Below, one piece after another: positions 1-10,571 of a stretch of 64,000 nucleotides of DNA (the stretch's first letter is position 1; each line of letters starts with the position of its first letter). This stretch comes from Ectothiorhodospiraceae bacterium (GTDB lineage Bacteria; Pseudomonadota; Gammaproteobacteria; Nitrococcales; Aquisalimonadaceae): contig SLCE01000051.1 in assembly GCA_007125985.1 (NCBI GenBank), positions 4,991 through 68,990 of the forward strand, given 5' to 3'. Made by a program: the position numbers and the translations under genes. The notes under the pieces are model-generated. The model did no database searches, was not told the DNA's origin, and saw only the letters and a program-made list of their open reading frames with translations.

Positions 1-398
<398 letters not shown>

Positions 399-407
399 GG
401 GGGGCCC

Positions 408-1733
408 ATGTCTGCTGTAGTCGAATCCACAAGCGTCTATCTGCAGGATTTCCGCAGCCGCAGTGTTGATGAGCCGGCCTGGCTGGCTGAGCGTCGCGAA
501 GCGGGCATCCAGGCATTCGAAGCGCTGGGCCTGCCGCATCGCCGAATGGAAGCCTGGCGAAATCTCAAACTGGGCCTGCTGGGGCAGGAGCATTTTGCCG
601 CTGCGGATGCTTTGGGCGCCGTTCCCATGGCATTGGCGCCCACGGCAGCCCTGGTGCCGGAGGCCTGGCGTCTGGTGTTCGTGGACGGGCACCTGAGCCC
701 CGGCCATGCGGCGGTGGACGCGCTTCCCAAGGGCGTAACCGTGCGGCCGCTGCGTGAGGCGCTGGCCCAGGATGCTGAGCTGCTCGAGACACACCTGGGG
801 CGCCACGCGGAGTTGGATGCACATCCGTTTGCCGCACTGAATTCCGCCTTCTGGGCGGATGGCGCACTGATTGATGTTGCACCGGGCACCGTGCTGGACG
901 CGCCGGTCGTGCTGGTGTTTCTGAGCAGTGAGTCTTCGGCGCACCGCGCCAGTTATCCGCGTGTGCTGGTTCGGGCCGGGGAGAGCGCCGAGTTCCGCAT
1001 CGCCCAGATTCATGCCGGCCCTGACAATCTGCCGTATTTCGTGGCACCGGTCACCGAGATCGTGGCGGAAGCCAATAGCAGCGTGCAGCTGCACCACGTC
1101 CAGGAGGAAGGCGACAGCGCCTATCACCTGGGACTGGTCCATGCAGATCTGGCCCGCGATGCGCGCCTGCATCTGCACGGCTTCAATGACGGTGGAAAAG
1201 TGGGCCGCACCGATATCTACGTCAATCTTGCCGGGGAAGGCGCCGATGCGCGGCTCGACGGCCTGTACCTGGTGGGGGATGGCCAGTACGCGGATTACCA
1301 CACCTGGGTGCGGCACCAGTCCGGACATTGCACCAGTCAGCAGTTGTTCAAGGGTGTGCTCTCAGGCAAGGCGGAATCGGTGTTCGACGGCCTGATCCAC
1401 GTTCATAAGGGAGCGCAGAAGACCGATTCCCAGCAGCAGAACCGCAATCTGCTGCTCAGCCCGCGGGCCCTGACGCATTCCAACCCGCGCCTGGAAATCT
1501 ACGCGGATGACGTCAAATGCGCGCACGGCTCCACCGTTGGTGAACTGGACCGGGATGCCCTGTTCTATCTGCGCTCCCGGGGTGTGGGTGAAAACGATGC
1601 GCGGGGGTTGCTGACCTTCGCCTTCGCCAATGAAATGCTTCAACCCATCGGCATTGAGGCACTGCGTGACCATGTGGGCCAACGCCTCGCTGCTTTCATG
1701 CCGGGGGATGCGACCGTAAAGGAGCTGCTATGA
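408..1733 (+). CDS. sufD: SufD Fe-S cluster assembly protein
   Basis: 441-aa ORF 10 nt after sufC. SufB/SufD-family C-terminal region (NRNLLLSPRA...EIYADDVKCAHGSTVG). Its stop overlaps the sufS start. Confidence 0.85.
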   Translation: MSAVVESTSVYLQDFRSRSVDEPAWLAERREAGIQAFEALGLPHRRMEAWRNLKLGLLGQEHFAAADALGAVPMALAPTAALVPEAWRLVFVDGHLSPGHAAVDALPKGVTVRPLREALAQDAELLETHLGRHAELDAHPFAALNSAFWADGALIDVAPGTVLDAPVVLVFLSSESSAHRASYPRVLVRAGESAEFRIAQIHAGPDNLPYFVAPVTEIVAEANSSVQLHHVQEEGDSAYHLGLVHADLARDARLHLHGFNDGGKVGRTDIYVNLAGEGADARLDGLYLVGDGQYADYHTWVRHQSGHCTSQQLFKGVLSGKAESVFDGLIHVHKGAQKTDSQQQNRNLLLSPRALTHSNPRLEIYADDVKCAHGSTVGELDRDALFYLRSRGVGENDARGLLTFAFANEMLQPIGIEALRDHVGQRLAAFMPGDATVKELL

Positions 1734-2986
1734 GTTCCGCAGAACCCCTGCAGGCGGCTGGCGGCAGCCTGGATGTGCAGGCGATCCGGAGCCAGTTTCC
1801 GGTGCTTGACCAGCAGGTGAACGGTCACCCGCTGGTGTATCTGGACAATGGCGCCACGGCGCAGAAGCCCGAGGCGGTGATTGAGGCCGAGGCGCGCTGC
1901 TACCGGGAGTACTATGCGAACATCCACCGTGGAGTGCATTCCCTGTCCCAGCGCTCCACGGCCGAATTCGAAGCCGTGCGCGGCAAGGTACAACGCCTGC
2001 TGAACGCTCCCGAAGAGAAGGAAATCATCTTCACCCGCGGCACCACGGAAGGTATCAACCTGGTGGCATACAGCTTCCTGAGACCGCAGTTGCAGGCCGG
2101 GGATGAAATCCTCATCACCGCCATGGAGCATCACTCCAATATCGTGCCGTGGCAGATCATCTGCGAGCAGACCAGCGCCAAACTGGTTGTAGTGCCCATT
2201 TCCGATGCCGGCGAAATCAGCCTGGACGACGTGGCGGAGCGCATCGGGCCACGAACCAAACTGGTCAGTGTGGTGCATCTGTCCAATGCGCTGGGCACCA
2301 TCAACCCGGTGAAGCAGATCGTTGACCTGGCCCACGCTCGGAATGTGCCAGTGCTGGTCGATGGCGCACAGTCCGCCCCGCACATGCCGGTGGATGTGCA
2401 GGCGTTGGGTTGCGACTTCTTCGTGTTTTCCGGTCACAAGCTGTATGGCCCAACCGGTACCGGCGTGCTTTGGGGGCGCTACGAACTGCTCAAGGCCATG
2501 CCGCCGTGGCATGGCGGCGGCGACATGATCCGCACGGTGACCTTCGAGAAAACCGATTTCGCGGATCCCCCCGCCCGTTTCGAAGCGGGTACACCTAACA
2601 TTGCCGGCGTCATTGCCCTGGGAGCGGCCATTGATTGGTTCCTGGCGCTGGACCCGCGGGCGGTGGCCGCCCATGAGGCGGATCTGCTCGCCCACGCCAC
2701 GGCGCGGTTGGGTGCGATTCCCGGCCTGCGTCTGATCGGCACGGCGGAGCAGCGCGCGGGCCTGGTGTCGTTTGTCATGGATGACGCGCATCCGCATGAT
2801 ATCGGTACCATTCTGGATGGCTACGGTATTGCTGTTCGGGCCGGTCACCACTGTGCCCAGCCCGTAATGCAGCGGTACGGCGTGCCGGCCACAGCCAGAG
2901 CATCTTTCGGCGTGTACAATACGCGTGATGAAATCGATCGACTGGCAGAGGGTATCCTCAAGGTGCGCGATTTGTTCGGTGGCTGA
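1730..2986 (+). CDS. sufS: SufS cysteine desulfurase (group II)
   Basis: PLP-lysine motif SGHKLYGPTGTG and active-site loop RAGHHCAQP. Start and stop both overlap the neighbouring genes. Confidence 0.92.
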   Translation: MSSAEPLQAAGGSLDVQAIRSQFPVLDQQVNGHPLVYLDNGATAQKPEAVIEAEARCYREYYANIHRGVHSLSQRSTAEFEAVRGKVQRLLNAPEEKEIIFTRGTTEGINLVAYSFLRPQLQAGDEILITAMEHHSNIVPWQIICEQTSAKLVVVPISDAGEISLDDVAERIGPRTKLVSVVHLSNALGTINPVKQIVDLAHARNVPVLVDGAQSAPHMPVDVQALGCDFFVFSGHKLYGPTGTGVLWGRYELLKAMPPWHGGGDMIRTVTFEKTDFADPPARFEAGTPNIAGVIALGAAIDWFLALDPRAVAAHEADLLAHATARLGAIPGLRLIGTAEQRAGLVSFVMDDAHPHDIGTILDGYGIAVRAGHHCAQPVMQRYGVPATARASFGVYNTRDEIDRLAEGILKVRDLFGG

Positions 2987-3438
2987 TGAGCGAACTGGCT
3001 GATCTCTACCAGCGGGTCGTTATTGAGCATAATCGTAGCCCGCGTCACTACAACAAACTCGACCCTTGCACGCATCACGCGACCGGGTACAACCCACTTT
3101 GCGGCGATGAGGTGGAGTTGTATCTGCGCATGGACGGAAACCGGGTGCGCGAGGCCGGCTTTCAGGGTGAGAGCTGCGCCATTGCCACCGCATCGGCCTC
3201 CATGCTTACCGAAGCGGTGCGTGGGCTGGATGCCGAGGCGATTCGGGAACTGGCGCGCGCCGTCTCCCGCCTGATACGCGACGGTGATCCGGGTGCAGAC
3301 GAATGGCCGGCTGACCTGGATGTGCTTGGCGTGGTCAGTCGCTTTCCCGGGCGGAGCAAGTGCGCAGAGCTACCTTGGAAGGCGCTGACCACAGCGCTGG
3401 ACGCCGGTTCAGGCGATACGGTTTCCACGGAAGAATAA
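2986..3438 (+). CDS. sufU: SufU/IscU-like sulfur acceptor / scaffold protein
   Basis: Conserved ligand motifs NPLCGDE, GESCAIATAS and RSKCAELPW. ATG overlaps the sufS stop. Confidence 0.8.
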   Translation: MSELADLYQRVVIEHNRSPRHYNKLDPCTHHATGYNPLCGDEVELYLRMDGNRVREAGFQGESCAIATASASMLTEAVRGLDAEAIRELARAVSRLIRDGDPGADEWPADLDVLGVVSRFPGRSKCAELPWKALTTALDAGSGDTVSTEE

Positions 3439-3582
3439 CGGGCCCGCTGAAGCCCACAGGCTGCTGCCTAGCGTCCAGCGTGCCCGAACAACAGGGCCGT
3501 ACACCTTGGCTGGCTGTGTTCAAGCGGCTACCAGCCATGTCGGCCCCGCCGGTTTGCGGCATGGAAAAGGGGGCGCAGTTTC

Positions 3583-5193
3583 ATGCGAGAAGGGAATGTG
3601 GCTGCCACCGAACCCGAGGTGGTGCAGGCTCGGTTGGAAAATCAGTGTCAGGCCCTTCGTGAGGCTTGGGAAGCACATCTGAGTCGGGGTGATTCCGATA
3701 GCCTGGATGCGTTTCGCAAGGAGGCCGCAAACCTGTCCGACATGGCGCGGCAGCAGGGTCTGGCCCGCATCTCGGAATTGGCACTGATGCTGGAGGTCAT
3801 GTGTGGCCCCGTGCTGGATGAGCAGGAGCCGGTCACCGCCGAATTCCAGGATACCGTCAGCCACTATCTGAATACGCTCGGTGAACAGTGCCGTCAGGCG
3901 CTGTGTGGCTCCGCCACGCCGGCCGCCCCCGCAGCACAGGTCCTGATGCTCGCAGGCGGCGGTTCCCTGGATGACGATGTGGAACAACATCTGGCCCACT
4001 TTGGCTATGAGTTGATCCAGGTCACCAGCGTGGACGACATGGACCGGCGCCTGCAACGCTCAGCACCCCGTGCGGTGATGCTGGATCCCGCGCTGCTGGG
4101 CGGTGCCGACGGCGTGATTGCCCTGGCCCGGCAGCTGCGTGAACAGCTGGGCGAGGATCTGCCTATCCTGCTTGTCACCGACACACCCAGTATGGACAGT
4201 CGCCTGGCTGCCGCCCGCGCGGGTCTTACGGCGTATCTGGTGAAGCCGGTGGGCTTCGATGAACTTCCGGAACTGCTGGAGCTGTTTCAGCTGGATCATC
4301 AGCCGGAGGCCTACCGGGTCCTGATGGTGGAGGACAGTCCGACGCAGGCGCGGTACATCTCCACCGTGCTCGAAGGCGCCGGCATGGAGGTTATCGCGGT
4401 CAGTAACCCCATGGAGGTGCTGGAGACGCTGGAGGTGCGTGATGTCGACCTGATCCTTACCGATATGTACATGCCTGACTGCACAGGTTATGAGCTTGCC
4501 AGCGTGATCCGGCAGATTCCGCGTCATGCCAGCATTCCCATCGTCTACCTGTCTGGTGAGACCAAACTGGACCGTCAACTGCGCGCCATGGGCCGGGGTG
4601 GCGACGATTTTCTCACCAAGCCCATTGAGCCCGACCACCTGGTACAGGCTGTTTCCATCCGCGCCGAGCGTGGCCGTATGCTGCGCGGCATGATGGTGAC
4701 CGACGGCCTTACCGGGTTACTGAATCACACCCGGGTCAAGGAGGAGTTGGAGGCCGAGTTGGCCCGGGCACGGCGACGAGGCAGTGTGGTGAGCTTCGCC
4801 ATGATTGATCTGGACTACTTCAAGGGCGTCAACGACACTTTCGGCCACCCGGCGGGAGATCGGGTGCTGAAGACGTTGGCGGGTTTGCTGCGCCAGCGTC
4901 TGCGCCGCACGGATTCCATCGGCCGGTATGGCGGCGAGGAGTTCGCGGTGATCATGCCGGATGCCACGGTGGAGGAAGCGGTACGTGTTCTGGACGGGAT
5001 TCGGCAGCGTTTCGCCGACATCCGCCATGCCGGGCCGGAAGGCCCTTTCCGCGTGACCTTCAGCGCCGGCGTCGCCTGTTATCCGGATTGCGGTGATGCC
5101 ACACAGCTGACCATGGAGGCGGACACCGCCCTGTACGCGGCCAAGCGGGCCGGGCGGAACTGCATCCGGGCTGGCCGTCCAGGCCAGGGGTGA
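3583..5193 (+). CDS. Response-regulator diguanylate cyclase (N-terminal helical domain, two receiver domains, GGDEF)
   Basis: Second receiver has DLILTDMYMPD and a KP motif. GGDEF domain has RYGGEEF, with an RRTD I-site 5 aa upstream. Start uncertain (ATG 3583 or GTG 3598). Confidence 0.85.
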   Translation: MREGNVAATEPEVVQARLENQCQALREAWEAHLSRGDSDSLDAFRKEAANLSDMARQQGLARISELALMLEVMCGPVLDEQEPVTAEFQDTVSHYLNTLGEQCRQALCGSATPAAPAAQVLMLAGGGSLDDDVEQHLAHFGYELIQVTSVDDMDRRLQRSAPRAVMLDPALLGGADGVIALARQLREQLGEDLPILLVTDTPSMDSRLAAARAGLTAYLVKPVGFDELPELLELFQLDHQPEAYRVLMVEDSPTQARYISTVLEGAGMEVIAVSNPMEVLETLEVRDVDLILTDMYMPDCTGYELASVIRQIPRHASIPIVYLSGETKLDRQLRAMGRGGDDFLTKPIEPDHLVQAVSIRAERGRMLRGMMVTDGLTGLLNHTRVKEELEAELARARRRGSVVSFAMIDLDYFKGVNDTFGHPAGDRVLKTLAGLLRQRLRRTDSIGRYGGEEFAVIMPDATVEEAVRVLDGIRQRFADIRHAGPEGPFRVTFSAGVACYPDCGDATQLTMEADTALYAAKRAGRNCIRAGRPGQG

Positions 5194-5267
5194 CGCCATC
5201 CGGCATCGGTTCCACCCACCTTACGGTGATCTGATACACTGCCGCCAATTCACCCGACTGATTTCAA

Positions 5268-5795
5268 ATGCCTATGAGTCTGAGCTGGGTAGATCGCCGG
5301 AGCCTGCGTCTGGCCAACGGTATCGGCTTCCTGCTGTGCGTCGGTATGATCGCAGGTGCCTATTACATGGAACTGGTGATGGGGCTGGAGCCATGTCCGC
5401 TGTGCATCCTGCAGCGGCTGGCGGTGGTGGCGATGGGTGTGGTGTTTCTGCTGGCAACAGTGCATGGTCCGCGCGGCTTCGGCCGCCATCTCTATGGCCT
5501 GCTACTCCTGTCCGCGGCGGGTACCGGGGCAGCTATCGCCGGGCGTCATCTCTGGTTGCAGAGCCTGCCTGAAGACCAGGTGCCTGCCTGCGGACCAGGC
5601 CTGGATTACATGCTGGAAGTCTTCCCGCTGATGGATGCCCTGCGCATGACGTTGCAGGGCTCCGGTGAATGCGCCGAGGTGGAAAAGGTGCTGGGCGTGA
5701 CGCTCCCTGGCTGGACGTTGGCGGCATTCATCATCGTCGGCCTGTACGGCGTTTTGATGAACATGCGTCCCCGGGAGCGGGCTATCTGGTTGTAA
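5268..5795 (+). CDS. dsbB: Disulfide bond formation protein DsbB
   Basis: Four predicted TM segments. CPLC (CxxC) after TM1 and a second Cys pair (PACGPG ... GECAEV) in the large loop. Confidence 0.85.
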   Translation: MPMSLSWVDRRSLRLANGIGFLLCVGMIAGAYYMELVMGLEPCPLCILQRLAVVAMGVVFLLATVHGPRGFGRHLYGLLLLSAAGTGAAIAGRHLWLQSLPEDQVPACGPGLDYMLEVFPLMDALRMTLQGSGECAEVEKVLGVTLPGWTLAAFIIVGLYGVLMNMRPRERAIWL

Positions 5796-5831
5796 TGGTG
5801 GCGCCACGGACGGCGCTCGATCGAGGAAGGC

Positions 5832-8165
5832 ATGGCGGCGAAGAAAAAACGGCGTTCCAGTCCCCGCGGGAAGCGAGGTCGATCCCGTACCCGGCGCCAG
5901 CCTGGTTTGCTGCGCCGTCTGTTCCTGCCTGCCGCGTTGATGGTGGTATTGGCCGGCGGCGGCTATGTTCTGTGGCTTGATCACACCGTCCGCACCCAGT
6001 TCGAAGGCAAGCGCTGGTCGGTGCCGGGCACTGTCTATGCGCGCCCGCTGGAGCTTTACGTGGGGCAACCGTTAACCCCTGCGCAATTGCAACTCGAACT
6101 CGAGGCGCTGGGGTATCGGGAGTCCCGGGATAGCCGCCGGCCAGGTACCTGGCGCCAGAGCGGGCCGGGGCTGGAAGTGTCCTCGCGACCGTTCACCTTC
6201 TGGGATGGCGTTGAGGGCCAGCAACGGTTCCGGATGACATTGTCTGATGGACAGGTCACCGCACTTCGCGGTCTGGATGGGCAGGACCTGCCCCTGGTCC
6301 GCCTGGATCCGGCGGTGATCGGTCATATCTACCCGGGACATCGGGAGGACCGCCTCCTGGTTCGGCTTGATCAGGTGCCCGCCACGCTGGTCGCCGGGAT
6401 GCTGGTGGTGGAGGACCGGGAGTTTTTCAGTCATTTCGGCGTTTCCCCCAGTTCCATCGCGCGGGCCGCTTTGGCCAACCTGCGTGCCGGCCGCGTGGTG
6501 CAGGGCGGCAGCACGATCACGCAGCAATTGGTCAAGAATTTTTATCTGAGCAGCGAGCGGAGTTATTGGCGCAAGTTCAATGAGGCCATCATGGCCGTCC
6601 TGCTGGAACTGCGCTACGACAAGGAAGCGATTCTCGAGACGTACCTGAACGAAGTCTATCTGGCGCAGGATGGGGAGCGTGCCATCCATGGGGTCGGACT
6701 CGCTGCGCAGCACCTGTTCGGGCAGGAACTGGAGCGCCTGTCGCTGGAACAGCAGGCCTTGTTGATCGCCCTGGTGCGGGGGCCATCCCACTATCACCCG
6801 AACCGCCACCCCGAACGGGCCATGACGCGGCGCAATCTGGTGCTGGACGTGATGGCGGAACAGGGGGTGATCACAGGGGAACAGGCACGTGCCGCAGCGG
6901 CGCGCCCCTTGGATGTCCTGCCCCCGCGCGGTCGCCCGCGGGAGAATTATCCCGCGTTCATGGATCTGGTACAGCGTCATCTGGAGCGGGATTACCGACG
7001 TGAGGATCTGCAAAGCGAGGGGCTGCGGATCTTTACCACACTGGCGCCAGCTATCCAGCGTGCCACCGAACGGGCCGTCGCCTCGACGCTGGCCGATAAA
7101 CCGGATGCGTTGCAGGCAGCCGCGGTCATGGTTGATGTGGATTCCGGTGAGGTCACGGCACTGGTGGGGGATCGTAACCCACGCTATGCCGGCTTCAATC
7201 GCGCGCTGGATGCGCGCAGGCCGGTGGGTTCGCTGATCAAGCCGGCGGTGTATCTCGCGGCGCTGGATCAGCCGTCACGCTGGGGGCTGGGCAGCCTGTT
7301 GGAGGATGTCCCGCTCAGCCTGACAGATGAACGTGGACGTCCTTGGGAGCCGCGGAATTTTGACCGGGAGTTTCGCGGCCAGGTACTGCTGGTGGACGCG
7401 CTAGCCCATTCCTACAATATCCCCACCATCCGCTTGGGCCAGGAGCTGGGCCTAGGCACCGTAGGCCGCACGGTAGAGCGACTGGGGGCGCCGACACCGC
7501 GGACCCTGTATCCATCCTTTCTGATCGGCACCGGTGAACTGAGCCCGGTGCAGGTGGCGCAAATGTATCAGACGCTGGCGTCCGGCGGCTACCGCACACC
7601 GTTGCGCTCGGTACGGGCGGTGACCCGGCAGGACGGAACCCCGCTGAACCGATATGCACTGGCGGTGGATCGTGCTTTCGAGCCAACCAGTGTCCAACTG
7701 GTGAACCAGGCGCTGGTGCAGGCCATGCAACGCGGCACCGGCCGGTCAGCGACGACACTGCTTCCGCCCGGCCTTGTGGTGGCCGGCAAGACGGGGACAA
7801 CAGACGAGACCCGGGACAGCTGGTTTGCTGGATTCGGCGACGATGTGCTGGGTGTCGTCTGGCTGGGTCGTGATGATAACCGCCCCACCGGGTTTACCGG
7901 CTCCAGTGGGGCGCTGCCGGTGTGGGCAAGGGCGATGCGGGACATCCGGCCCCGGCCATACAAGACAACGCTGGTTGCGGGCCTTGAAGCGGTCTGGATG
8001 GACGAAGCCAGCGGACGGCGCTCCGCTGAAGGGTGCGACGGCGCGCGCCTGCTGGCGTACCAACAAGGCGCTGCTCCTGAGCAATGGACCAGCTGCGGCG
8101 AACGGTATGCCCGACGGGAAGAGCGCTCGGGTGTGGGTAACTGGATACGAGGATTGTTCCGATGA
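5832..8165 (+). CDS. mrcB: Penicillin-binding protein 1B (bifunctional glycosyltransferase/transpeptidase)
   Basis: GT51 motifs EDREFFSHFG and GGSTITQQLVKN. Transpeptidase motifs SLIKP (SxxK) and KTGTT. Basic N-terminus plus a single TM segment. Confidence 0.9.
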   Translation: MAAKKKRRSSPRGKRGRSRTRRQPGLLRRLFLPAALMVVLAGGGYVLWLDHTVRTQFEGKRWSVPGTVYARPLELYVGQPLTPAQLQLELEALGYRESRDSRRPGTWRQSGPGLEVSSRPFTFWDGVEGQQRFRMTLSDGQVTALRGLDGQDLPLVRLDPAVIGHIYPGHREDRLLVRLDQVPATLVAGMLVVEDREFFSHFGVSPSSIARAALANLRAGRVVQGGSTITQQLVKNFYLSSERSYWRKFNEAIMAVLLELRYDKEAILETYLNEVYLAQDGERAIHGVGLAAQHLFGQELERLSLEQQALLIALVRGPSHYHPNRHPERAMTRRNLVLDVMAEQGVITGEQARAAAARPLDVLPPRGRPRENYPAFMDLVQRHLERDYRREDLQSEGLRIFTTLAPAIQRATERAVASTLADKPDALQAAAVMVDVDSGEVTALVGDRNPRYAGFNRALDARRPVGSLIKPAVYLAALDQPSRWGLGSLLEDVPLSLTDERGRPWEPRNFDREFRGQVLLVDALAHSYNIPTIRLGQELGLGTVGRTVERLGAPTPRTLYPSFLIGTGELSPVQVAQMYQTLASGGYRTPLRSVRAVTRQDGTPLNRYALAVDRAFEPTSVQLVNQALVQAMQRGTGRSATTLLPPGLVVAGKTGTTDETRDSWFAGFGDDVLGVVWLGRDDNRPTGFTGSSGALPVWARAMRDIRPRPYKTTLVAGLEAVWMDEASGRRSAEGCDGARLLAYQQGAAPEQWTSCGERYARREERSGVGNWIRGLFR

Positions 8166-8638
8166 TGACATGGCGAGGGATATTTCTTTCCGCGGCCATT
8201 CTGCTGATGCTGGCCGGCTGTGCCGCCCCCGGGGCTCCGGCTCCCGCAACCGAGGGGGATGACGGAGCGCCTGCGTCGGCCCCGGCGGAACGTGCTCCGG
8301 ATGCACCGGCCGTGGCTGCCCTGCAGGATCAGGCCGAAGCGGCGTCTGCGGAAGGGGACCATGACCGGGCCGCGGCACTGCTGGAGCGAGCGCTCCGCAT
8401 CGAGCCGCGTCATTCCGGTTTGTGGCATAACCTGGCCGTTGTGCAGTACCGAAAGGGGGATTATGCCCAGGCCGAAAACATGGCCCAGCGCTCGCTGCAA
8501 CACGTGCGGGGTGACCGGCAACTGGAGCGCCGCAACTGGGAACTGATTGCGGTTTCCCGGGAGTTGGCCGGTGATGCAGCGGGTGCCCGCGAGGCCCGGG
8601 ACCGCTTGGCAACCATGAAGGCGGGGTCTGATTCGTGA
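8162..8638 (+). CDS. TPR lipoprotein, LpoP-like candidate PBP1B activator
   Basis: ATG overlaps the mrcB stop (ATGA). Lipobox LMLAGC, an Ala/Pro-rich linker, then TPR repeats (AAALLERALRIEPRHSGLWHNLAVVQYRKGDYAQAE). Confidence 0.75.
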   Translation: MMTWRGIFLSAAILLMLAGCAAPGAPAPATEGDDGAPASAPAERAPDAPAVAALQDQAEAASAEGDHDRAAALLERALRIEPRHSGLWHNLAVVQYRKGDYAQAENMAQRSLQHVRGDRQLERRNWELIAVSRELAGDAAGAREARDRLATMKAGSDS

Positions 8639-10557
8639 GTGAGGCAAGGAATCTGCTGGGTGCCTCGGGCCCACTGGCAGGGCGCATTCCGGGGTTTCAG
8701 CCGCGGGAGGAACAGCAGGCGCTGGCGGAAGCGGTGGCCGGAACGCTGGATCGGGGCGGGGTACTGATTGCCGAAGCCGGCACCGGCGTGGGCAAAACCT
8801 TTGCTTATCTGTTGCCCGCGCTCATGTCCGGGCGCCGGGTTATTGTCTCAACTGGCACGCGGACGCTGCAGGATCAGCTGTACCAGAAGGATTTGCCGCT
8901 GGTGCTGGATGCGCTGGACCTGCCGGTGCGCACCGCGCTACTCAAAGGGCGCTCCAACTACCTGTGCCTACACCGGCTGGATCGGGCGGAGGTTGACCCG
9001 CGGCAGGAAGGCGCTACGTTGGCTTGGGAGCTGAGTACCATACGCCAGTGGGCCAGTGTCACCCGCTCAGGGGATATTGCGGAGTTGGACACCGTTCCAG
9101 CGGATCGGCAGGTTTGGGCAAAGGCCACATCCACAGTGGATAACTGCTTGGGCCAGGAATGTCCCGCGTTCGGCGACTGTTTCCTGATGGAAGCCCGCCG
9201 CCGTGCGCAGGAAGCCGACCTGGTCGTGGTGAATCATCACCTGCTGATGGCGGATATGGCTCTGAAGGAAGGCGGCTTCGGCGAGGTGCTGCCCACGGCG
9301 GAGGCCTACATCCTGGATGAGGCGCATCAGCTCCCTGATGTTGCCGCACAGTTCTTCGGGCTCAGCCTGTCCAGTCGCCAACTGCTGGACCTGATCCGGG
9401 ATGTACATCTGGATTACCTGCGGGAAGCCGGCGATGTGCCGGAGTGCGACCAGGCGCTGGATCAGTTGCGCGGCGCTGTGCTGGATTTCAGGCTGTGCCT
9501 GGGCCAGGGCAGGCGGCGCGCGGCCTGGGCGGAGGTGGCGGACGATGTGCGGGTGAGCGATGCGCTGGACACGTTGCAGTTAAGCCTCCACGGCTTGTTG
9601 AAAGTGCTTGAACCGCTGGTGCCGCGGGGCAAGGGGCTCGAGTCCGGGCACCGCCGCACCGGCGAACTGCTTGAGGTGGTGGAACGCTTCCAGGCCGGTG
9701 AGGATGAACGGTTCGTCAAATGGTTCGAAACCCATAGTCAGGCCTTCTTGCTTCGTCTCACCCCGTTGGATGTGGGGCAGCAGTTCCATGGGCAGATGCA
9801 AAAGCATCCCGGAGCCTGGGTGTTTACCTCTGCCACCCTGTCGGTGAATCGCGAGTTCGGTCATTTCCGCCGCCGTATGGGCATTGCCGAGGCCGAAGAG
9901 CTGCGCGTGGACAGCCCCTTCGATTACGCCAATCATGCGCTGCTCTACGTGCCGCAGGGCTTGCCGGAACCGAACAGTCGGGCCTATGACGAGGCGTTTC
10001 TCGAGGCGGCCGTGCCGGTCCTGCAGGCCAGCCATGGGCGCGCATTTGTGCTGTTCACCAGTCACCGGGCTTTGCGCCATGCCGCGGAATGGTTGCGGGA
10101 GCGAACCGATTTCACCCTGCTGGTGCAGGGTGAGGCAGCACAGCACGCCTTGCTCCACCGCTTTCGCGAGGGCGACGGCGCCGTGCTTCTGGGAACGGCA
10201 AGCTTCTGGGAAGGGGTGGACGTGAAAGGTTCGGCCCTGTCGGCGGTTCTCATTGACCGCCTACCGTTCGCATCACCTGCCGATCCGGTGACCGAGGCGC
10301 GTATCGAGTTTCTGCGACGCAACGAAGGCAATCCGTTCCGGGATTTCCAATTGCCGCACGCCGTGATCACCCTGCGCCAGGGTGTCGGGCGCTTGATCCG
10401 CGACGCCGAGGACATGGGGGTGTTGATGATCGGCGACCCGCGCATTGTCAATCGGGGCTATGGGAAGCAGTTTCTGAACAGTCTTCCACCCATGGCGCGC
10501 ACCCGCAGCCAGAGCATGGTGCGCGCCTTTCTCGATGGCATTCAGGCGTCCGCCTGA
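8635..10557 (+). CDS. DinG/YoaA-family ATP-dependent DNA helicase (XPD-like, Fe-S)
   Basis: Walker A AGTGVGKT, DEAH box ILDEAHQL, Fe-S cysteines (CLHRL ... NCLGQECPAFGDC). GTG overlaps the upstream stop. Confidence 0.88.
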   Translation: MSEARNLLGASGPLAGRIPGFQPREEQQALAEAVAGTLDRGGVLIAEAGTGVGKTFAYLLPALMSGRRVIVSTGTRTLQDQLYQKDLPLVLDALDLPVRTALLKGRSNYLCLHRLDRAEVDPRQEGATLAWELSTIRQWASVTRSGDIAELDTVPADRQVWAKATSTVDNCLGQECPAFGDCFLMEARRRAQEADLVVVNHHLLMADMALKEGGFGEVLPTAEAYILDEAHQLPDVAAQFFGLSLSSRQLLDLIRDVHLDYLREAGDVPECDQALDQLRGAVLDFRLCLGQGRRRAAWAEVADDVRVSDALDTLQLSLHGLLKVLEPLVPRGKGLESGHRRTGELLEVVERFQAGEDERFVKWFETHSQAFLLRLTPLDVGQQFHGQMQKHPGAWVFTSATLSVNREFGHFRRRMGIAEAEELRVDSPFDYANHALLYVPQGLPEPNSRAYDEAFLEAAVPVLQASHGRAFVLFTSHRALRHAAEWLRERTDFTLLVQGEAAQHALLHRFREGDGAVLLGTASFWEGVDVKGSALSAVLIDRLPFASPADPVTEARIEFLRRNEGNPFRDFQLPHAVITLRQGVGRLIRDAEDMGVLMIGDPRIVNRGYGKQFLNSLPPMARTRSQSMVRAFLDGIQASA

Positions 10558-10571
10558 CCGGGTCAACACGC

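Noticed and set aside
1640-2851. 403-aa minus-strand ORF
   Set aside because: Antisense to sufS. No motifs. A shadow ORF of a high-GC coding region.
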